Shown here piece after piece: positions 58,193 through 64,000 of a DNA stretch of 64,000 nt. Both the position numbers and the translations under genes were made by a program. Below the pieces are notes generated by a model. The model worked only from the letters and a program-made list of their open reading frames with translations. It had not been told where the DNA came from and did not search any database. Numbering within the stretch: the stretch's first letter is position 1; every line of letters begins with the position of its first letter. This stretch comes from an uncultured Arachnia sp. (GTDB lineage: Bacteria > Actinomycetota > Actinomycetes > Propionibacteriales > Propionibacteriaceae), in NCBI GenBank assembly GCA_947499145.1, contig CANMNB010000001.1:865-64864 (forward strand). Direction: 5' to 3'.

Positions 58193-58693
58193 GTGTTGCC
58201 TGAGTGGGAGAAGTGGTCGCGTGCACCCGACGAGATCTCCCACTCAAGGGCATTGACTTGCTCACTGGGCGGGCGCACCGACGTCGAGTTCGATCCCGGC
58301 GTCGTCGAGCGGGGCTGCCTGCCCCTGATGGAGCGGTTCGGTCGCGCAGTCGACGTCGACGTGTCCGTTGACCCGCGGCTCGAGGCCACCCACGCCTCCG
58401 CCGCTGTCCCGGTCCAGGTCTACGACTTCACGACCGGGACCGAGTCGCACGCGACGCTGGACGTCGAGGTGTCCTTCTCCGGCTCGGGTCCGAGCACCCG
58501 AATCGATGAGCGCACGCACTGGGTGGACCGGCACGTGATGTGGCTGGAGGGCACCCGCGGGTGGCAGCGTGCGTGCACGGCCAGTGCCGCCTTCGACGGC
58601 GTCGACGTCCCGGGTGACTTGGGTTCCTGCTCGATGTCGCGCGTACGACAGGCCGAGGTTCACGTCTACCACAACACCCCCACCGGCGAGTGA
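58193..58693 (+). CDS. Hypothetical protein
   Basis: Fills the glpC-DHFR gap with host-like codon usage. No motif recognised; start uncertain. Confidence 0.4.
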   Translation: MLPEWEKWSRAPDEISHSRALTCSLGGRTDVEFDPGVVERGCLPLMERFGRAVDVDVSVDPRLEATHASAAVPVQVYDFTTGTESHATLDVEVSFSGSGPSTRIDERTHWVDRHVMWLEGTRGWQRACTASAAFDGVDVPGDLGSCSMSRVRQAEVHVYHNTPTGE

Positions 58694-58702
58694 GGGAGGC
58701 AC

Positions 58703-59269
58703 ATGGGCCAGCTCATCTACACCGGAATCGGCTCGCTCGACGGCTTCATCGCCGACGCCGACGGCCACTTCGACTGGAGCGCCCCCGACGAGGCGGTCCA
58801 TGCGTTCATCAACGACCGGGACCGGGACGTGGTCCTCGAACTGTACGGCCGCCGGCTCTACGAGGTGATGAAGATCTGGGAGACGTATGGAGCGGGGCCC
58901 GCAGCGGCCGGCCCGGAGCGTATCTACGGAGAGCAGTGGCGCGGCCGCGACAAGGTGGTCTACTCGACGACGCTGCCGACGGTGGAGACCTCCCGAACAA
59001 GGCTGGAGAGGGACTTCGCGCCCGACACGGTGCGTCGCTTGGTCGACGAGACCGACGGGACCGTGACCATCGGCGGGGCTGACCTCGCGGCCCGAGCCGT
59101 CCGTGCGGGGATCGTGGATCGCCTCGAGTACTACGTCAACCCGGTGATCATCGGCGCCGGGACGCCGTGGTTGCCGGCGTGCCTGAAGTTGGGGCTGCGG
59201 CTGGTGGATGAGCACCGGTTCGCCAGCGGCGTGGTCTTCCTGCACTACGAAGTGGATCGGGGCTGGTGA
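58703..59269 (+). CDS. Dihydrofolate reductase / RibD C-terminal family protein
   Basis: SLDGFIAD, LYGRRLYEVM, IGGADLA, NPVIIGAG, FASGVVFLHY. Confidence 0.92.
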   Translation: MGQLIYTGIGSLDGFIADADGHFDWSAPDEAVHAFINDRDRDVVLELYGRRLYEVMKIWETYGAGPAAAGPERIYGEQWRGRDKVVYSTTLPTVETSRTRLERDFAPDTVRRLVDETDGTVTIGGADLAARAVRAGIVDRLEYYVNPVIIGAGTPWLPACLKLGLRLVDEHRFASGVVFLHYEVDRGW

Positions 59270-59396
59270 CAGACCGTCGACGATCTGTCCCCAACCCAGA
59301 TCCGCTCACAGGCACGCCGCGGCGTTTCCTGAGTACCCGCTGTTCAGGGACACGGGTCGACGAGGGCTGGGCCTCTGTGCCTGGTGGTGGTGTCAG

Positions 59397-60038
59397 CTAG
59401 GGACGGTGTCCGTGGACCGCCAGAGCCAGTTGGACTCGGCTGGAAACTCCAAGTTTGTCGAAGATGCGCGCAAGGTGGGTCTTGATTGTCGGAAGTGACA
59501 GGAAGAGGCGGCCGGCGATTTCGGCGTTGGTGAGCCCCTCAGCGACCAGGCGGGCGATCGCTGTCTCGCGGGCACTCAGTCCCTCGAGAGGGTTGGACGC
59601 CGAGGGTTGCGGGGCGCGCGTGGCATGCGCCACCAGCCGCTGCAGGACGCTCGGCGAGAACGCCATGGTCCCGGCGGCGGCCTGCTGGACCCCTGCGACC
59701 AGTTCGGCCGGCGGCGTGTGCTTGAGCAGGAAGCCTGAGGCTCCATGGTCAAGTGCGCGCAGCAGGAAGTCATCGGTGTCGAAGGCCGTCAGCATCACCA
59801 CGTTCGGCGGGTGTGGCAACGCGCGGATGATCCGAGTGGCCTCGACACCGTCACATCGCGGCATCCGGACGTCCATGAGGACCACATCGGGATCGACTCC
59901 AGCGACGCGCGCGGCGGCGTCCAGCCCATCGGCGGCCTCACCGACCACGGCAATGCCGCCGGACCCGTGGAGAATCATCCGCAGTCCAGCCCGGATCAGC
60001 GGCTCGTCGTCGACAAGCAGCACCCTCACCTGGGTCAC
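59397..60038 (-). CDS. NarL/LuxR family response regulator
   Basis: VLLVDDEP, LMDVRMP, LTAF, GFLLK, LSARE...TIKTHL; GTGA overlap with the kinase gene. Confidence 0.95.
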   Translation of the reverse strand: MTQVRVLLVDDEPLIRAGLRMILHGSGGIAVVGEAADGLDAAARVAGVDPDVVLMDVRMPRCDGVEATRIIRALPHPPNVVMLTAFDTDDFLLRALDHGASGFLLKHTPPAELVAGVQQAAAGTMAFSPSVLQRLVAHATRAPQPSASNPLEGLSARETAIARLVAEGLTNAEIAGRLFLSLPTIKTHLARIFDKLGVSSRVQLALAVHGHRP

Positions 60039-61258
60039 GCCCACGGCAACCACGCGTCCACCCGGAACGTCCCCGCCGTGGGTGCGGCGGTGAAGCGTCC
60101 TCCGATGAGGGCCATCCGTTCGGTCAGCCCGGCCAGCCCCAGACCAGACCCGGGGGCGTCCGCCGGGGTGTCCGGCAGAGGGTTGCACACCGTGACGTGG
60201 ACGCCGGTGTCCGGCCGCCCCGTGATCGTGACCGTGGCTGGCTGGTCTGGGGCGTGCTTGAGGGCGTTCGTGAGGGACTCCTGGACGACACGGTAGAGGT
60301 GTGCCAAGGCCGCCGGGACCGGTTGGCCGGGGCCGACGTCGAGGACCAAGTCAACGGCGCCAGCGGGGCCGCGGGCGGTGTCGACGAGCGTGCTCACATC
60401 AGCGAGCGTGGGTGCAGGGTCGGTGCCCCCAGGGAGCGGGCGGAGGACGGCCAGCACGGCGCCAAGTTCCTTCGCGGCGGTCTCTGAGGTAGACCTGATC
60501 AATCCGGCCGCGTCCCGGGCGGCGGCGGGGTCAAGGTCGTCGCGGTACTCCAGTGCGCCCGCGTGCAGCGAGATCAGGGCGAGATGGTGCGACAACGAAT
60601 CGTGCATCTCCCGCGCGATGCGGGTGCGTTCGGCCTCACGCGCCTGTAGCACACGGGCGGCCTGTTCACGGCGGGCCAGATCGGCCTCTTGGTGCAGCGA
60701 GCGCCACAGGGCGCGTCGACTGCCGCGGTAGAGGCCGAACAGCACCAAGCTCGCCACCAGGAGCGCGATCCCGATGGCCTCCTCGGCCGCCGTCAGCGTG
60801 TTCGCCTCTGGTGGGACGATCAACCAGCGGCCCAGCCCGTACGCGACGCCGAAGGCGGCGACGGTTACCAAGATCGGCGGCCAGCTACGGCGTCCGGCAA
60901 TCGACACCAGTGCGACGACGGCGGCCAATCCCGCCCCGTCGGAGACGCCGGCCAGCGCGATGATCACCAGGGCGTGGCCCAAGGCCCTGCGCTCGCGCGC
61001 CGGGTCCGGGCTCTCGAAGGGCGCGCTGGGGGCCAGATGCAGCACCTTCGGCAACAAGACCAGCGAAGCGACCAGCCCAGTCAGGTTCACCAGTATCGCG
61101 GCCGGGCCGAGCGACACGCCCAGAGGTGACTCCAGATAGCCGGGCAAACCGATCAGCAGAAGCAGTGCTGAGATGGCCGCGACCGCGACCAGGAGCACCA
61201 CATTCCTAGCCCGGAGCCCTCGGGGCGCGGAAGCAGCATTCGCGGGTTGAACGGTCAC
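60035..61258 (-). CDS. Sensor histidine kinase (HisKA_3)
   Basis: RIAREMHDSLSH, VQESLTNALKHA, GSGLGLAGL; TAGGGT-N6-GTG. Confidence 0.95.
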   Translation of the reverse strand: MTVQPANAASAPRGLRARNVVLLVAVAAISALLLLIGLPGYLESPLGVSLGPAAILVNLTGLVASLVLLPKVLHLAPSAPFESPDPARERRALGHALVIIALAGVSDGAGLAAVVALVSIAGRRSWPPILVTVAAFGVAYGLGRWLIVPPEANTLTAAEEAIGIALLVASLVLFGLYRGSRRALWRSLHQEADLARREQAARVLQAREAERTRIAREMHDSLSHHLALISLHAGALEYRDDLDPAAARDAAGLIRSTSETAAKELGAVLAVLRPLPGGTDPAPTLADVSTLVDTARGPAGAVDLVLDVGPGQPVPAALAHLYRVVQESLTNALKHAPDQPATVTITGRPDTGVHVTVCNPLPDTPADAPGSGLGLAGLTERMALIGGRFTAAPTAGTFRVDAWLPWA

Positions 61259-61389
61259 CGGGCCACCCTAGGCCAGCAAGCAGTGCGCCCGTGTCGTCCG
61301 ATGGGATGAAAACGGGACCATCCTGTCGGCTCCCGGAGGAATACGGTCGACCGATACCGACGTCGAGGGGGGCCAGACACGATGCTGAC

Positions 61390-62379
61390 ATGACAATCTC
61401 CCCTGCCGTCTACGCCCCGCCCACCCCAGGCCCCGTGCCCGCCTCGGCGCTGCGGCGTCGGGACTACCATCGGCTCGCCCGCGCCCAGGCGAACTATCGG
61501 TGGTGGCGGCCGCTGGTCACCCTCCTCACCGCCGCAACGGCCTACCTTGCCCTCATGCTGATAATCCTCACCGGGCTCACCGCCGCCGTGCTGATCAACC
61601 CGGAACTCGAGGCGTCCCTAGGCCTGGTGGACGAGCAGACGGACCTGTACAACCCGTACCAGTTCATGGCTCTGATGATCACACTGATCCTGCTGATCCC
61701 CGCGGTGATGATCGGTGTGGCCGGCGGACGCCGGCCGGTCGGCACACTCCTGTCCGTCGCCGGACGGCTACGCGGAGGTCTGTTGGCCCGCTCGCTGGCG
61801 ATTTGCCTGAGCGTCTACCTGACTGTCCAGCTGGCGTTCCTCACCGTGAGCTGGGTGGGAGGCGAGCCGCTTGTACCCTCGTGGCATCCCTACAGCGGGT
61901 GGCTGATCGCAGGCGCGCTGCTGATCGTGCCCCTCCAAGCCGCCGCCGAGGAATTCGCGTTCCGCGCGCTGCCTATGCAGGTGCTCGGAGCCTGGCTCCG
62001 CAACCCTTGGTGGGGCATTCTGCTGCCTCTCCCGCTGTTCGTCGTCGGACACTCCTACAACCCCGCCGGGATGATCGGCGTAGCCGGGTTCGCACTGGCA
62101 GCAGGCGTGCTGGTGTGGCGCACCGGCGGTCTCGAAGCGGCCATCGCCCTGCACGCGGTGAATAACTCCCTCGGCTTCCTGTTCAGCGCCCTCGGCTGGG
62201 GCGATCTCAACGCCACCGACGTGACCACCCTCGACACAGTCGTGTCCCTGGCCACCGTCGCCGCCTGCACAGCGCTGATCCTGTGGGCCGATCAGAAGAA
62301 CCAGTCACGTCAGCGGATACACATCTCGTCCCATCTGGGTACCCCGGATCGCGCTCAGGTCGGCCTTGCGGCAAAATGA
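61390..62379 (+). CDS. CPBP (Abi/CAAX) family intramembrane metalloprotease
   Basis: QAAAEEFAFR, FVVGH, LHAVNN motifs. Confidence 0.92.
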   Translation: MTISPAVYAPPTPGPVPASALRRRDYHRLARAQANYRWWRPLVTLLTAATAYLALMLIILTGLTAAVLINPELEASLGLVDEQTDLYNPYQFMALMITLILLIPAVMIGVAGGRRPVGTLLSVAGRLRGGLLARSLAICLSVYLTVQLAFLTVSWVGGEPLVPSWHPYSGWLIAGALLIVPLQAAAEEFAFRALPMQVLGAWLRNPWWGILLPLPLFVVGHSYNPAGMIGVAGFALAAGVLVWRTGGLEAAIALHAVNNSLGFLFSALGWGDLNATDVTTLDTVVSLATVAACTALILWADQKNQSRQRIHISSHLGTPDRAQVGLAAK

Positions 62380-62383
62380 TGGG

Positions 62384-62728
62384 ATGGGCTGGATCCTGCT
62401 GATCATGTGGGCCGCGAGTCTCCTGCTGCTTTTCATCGTGGCGGTCAAGGTCATCGGTGCCCGGGTCATGGGGTTGCGGCTCACCGACTGGCCGGGACTC
62501 GCGGCCTGCACGGCAGGCATCATCGCGATCCCATCGTCCCTCTGGGAAGAGCACCCGACGCTACTCGCGACCATCCCGCTCGCCCTCGCTGTCGGGATCT
62601 GGCAAGCCCTACGAAGCCTCTCCTCGTGGCGACGCGGTGAGACCGTCGCTGGCTACTTCGTCACCGCCGCACCGCCCGAAGGAGTCGCCAACCGCTGGCC
62701 CTTAGCCCCACAGCCACCGACGCACTAG
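62384..62728 (+). CDS. Small hypothetical membrane protein
   Basis: Three hydrophobic segments directly after the CPBP gene. Confidence 0.5.
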   Translation: MGWILLIMWAASLLLLFIVAVKVIGARVMGLRLTDWPGLAACTAGIIAIPSSLWEEHPTLLATIPLALAVGIWQALRSLSSWRRGETVAGYFVTAAPPEGVANRWPLAPQPPTH

Positions 62729-62838
62729 CAGCGCACGATCCGCGATCCGCGCTGGATGAGCCAGCGCCCGACAGCCGCGAGCGGCAGGCCGAGACAAGAC
62801 GCCCGGGACACGCGATCGAGAGGGGTATCACAACTAGC

Positions 62839-63119
62839 TGTCGACGGCGCTCGAAAACTGGACATTTTCGGCGGTCGGAGAATGGTCAGTTTCAGTCTAG
62901 GGCGCCCTGCTCGGCCTTGATGCTGGGCAGAGGGTCGACACCTCGGCCGCGGAGCCGGTAGGGCGTGCCCTTGAGCGCGATGACATCGGCGCGGTGGACG
63001 ATGTGGTCGATCATCGCAGCGGATCGAGCCTTCCCACGCGACGCGCTCGGCGAGCACGATCGCCGGCATGTCCGGGGTCTCGGTGAGCAACGCCAGCACC
63101 CGGGCCCGCTCGTGTGCAA
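62839..63119 (-). mobile_element. Internally deleted IS21-family remnant (istA fragment fused to istB tail, with right end)
   Basis: LLTETPDMPAIVLAERVAWEGSIR (IstA-like) joined to AAMIDHIVHRADVIALKGTPYRL (IstB C-terminus). Right end ...ACTGACCATT...AAAATGTCCAGTTTTCGAGCGCCGTCGACA ends in CA at 62839. Confidence 0.85.
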
Positions 63120-63178
63120 CGCTCAGGATGCGTGAGGGAGGCCGAGATGCGGCGCTCGGGTGCGGGGCTTGCGGCCCT

Positions 63179-63775
63179 CTAGTGTTGGGGATGGCGTGGC
63201 ATCGGAACCATGAAGAGCGCTAGTAGTAGTGCTGTGGCGCTCGAGAGGATGGTCAGTCCCCATGCGAGCGGTGAGGGCAAGGTTGGCGGCTGAGGACTGT
63301 GGAAGGTCAGGAATCCCAGCTGGGCGCCGATCGAGTCGCCGGCGAGGAGGAGGACAAGCGACACGAGAGCCGCAGACAGGACGCCAGTCGCTCCCCAGCG
63401 GGTGGCGGCCACCGTGCTGATGGAGATCAGGACGCCGAGCTGGAAAAGGTCGTAGAGCTGCCTTGCCGTACCTAGGCCAGTGGCCCAGGGGAGGAGCGGT
63501 ACCACCGACCCGGCGAGCACGGCGATCCGTAGCCAACGGTGCACTGCTTCGGTGCGGGGCAGAGTGGCACTGATCTCGGGAGTGGGGTCGATCAGACAGG
63601 CGCCCAGCAGCACCGGGAGCCACGCTACGGCCAGCTGGCGAACGAAGCGGGGACCATCGGCGGATGGAATGAACAACGCTCGATCGCCGGCTACCCACAC
63701 GGCCACGAACGCCACCACCACGCCCGCGGCCGCGACTGGGATACGCCATAGCCTGACAAAGCTCACAAAGGTCAT
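63179..63775 (-). CDS. Hypothetical multi-pass membrane protein
   Basis: About 6 TM segments; ATGA overlap with the upstream gene. Confidence 0.7.
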   Translation of the reverse strand: MTFVSFVRLWRIPVAAAGVVVAFVAVWVAGDRALFIPSADGPRFVRQLAVAWLPVLLGACLIDPTPEISATLPRTEAVHRWLRIAVLAGSVVPLLPWATGLGTARQLYDLFQLGVLISISTVAATRWGATGVLSAALVSLVLLLAGDSIGAQLGFLTFHSPQPPTLPSPLAWGLTILSSATALLLALFMVPMPRHPQH

Positions 63776-64000
63776 GGGATGCGTTCGTAGGTGTCCATAG
63801 CACCGCTCATGACGAAGGGCAGATAGATCGCCAGCGCAGCCACGGCGGCGAGGACACACACGACCAGGGCGATCAGGGAACGCCAAGTCTGGTTCCCGGC
63901 GACGAGCACTAGCCCGGCCCACAGCCCAATCGCGACGACAAGGTTCAGCTGGACGGTCGCGGAGTTAAGTCCCTCATAGTGGTGTAGCCCTCGGTGGCCG
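63772..64000 (-). CDS. Hypothetical membrane protein, C-terminal part (runs off window)
   Basis: Open frame ...QLNLVVAIGLWAGLVLVAGNQTWRSLIALVVCVLAAVAALAIYLPFVMSGAMDTYERIP*. Confidence 0.65.
   Translation of the reverse strand, partial: GHRGLHHYEGLNSATVQLNLVVAIGLWAGLVLVAGNQTWRSLIALVVCVLAAVAALAIYLPFVMSGAMDTYERIP

Overview
High-GC actinobacterial chromosome segment. The glpABC, mgsA and treYZ genes and many TAnnnT-N6-start leaderless promoters fit Propionibacteriaceae, which is an inference. 1-16.5 kb is an accessory island: an IS3 end interrupting an unknown gene with a tandem domain, a UDG-like gene, small stress/resistance genes, and an AT-richer sugar-acid cluster (IclR, DgoD, ABC transporter, ManD, PfkB kinase, aldolase). 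A previously unannotated ~26-47 bp imperfectly palindromic repeat occurs four times between these modules (3119, 7000, 7092, 16288). Its core ATGCAGGCGG(G) is the exact point where a 5'-truncated tadA/cpaF begins (16510). This suggests tandem site-specific integration into the Tad/Flp pilus ATPase gene and is the top finding. Downstream lie the rest of the Tad locus (tadB, tadC, Flp-like pilin, LysM-BTAD protein) and an ~18 kb carbohydrate region (SDRs, AGE isomerase, AKR, Zn-ADH, FGGY kinase, RpiB, DAK kinase, GH120, HIBADH-like dehydrogenase, TIM-barrel enzyme) that may encode an undescribed pentose/tetrose route. Then come a heterodimeric ABC exporter, GH5-RICIN, treY/treZ separated by a BIME-like element, a non-oriC DnaA-box cluster, a proteobacterial-type lgt, mgsA, a deletion fusing tetR and kstD-like remnants, glpABC, a two-component/CPBP module and an internally deleted IS21. 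No rRNA, tRNA or CRISPR array was seen.
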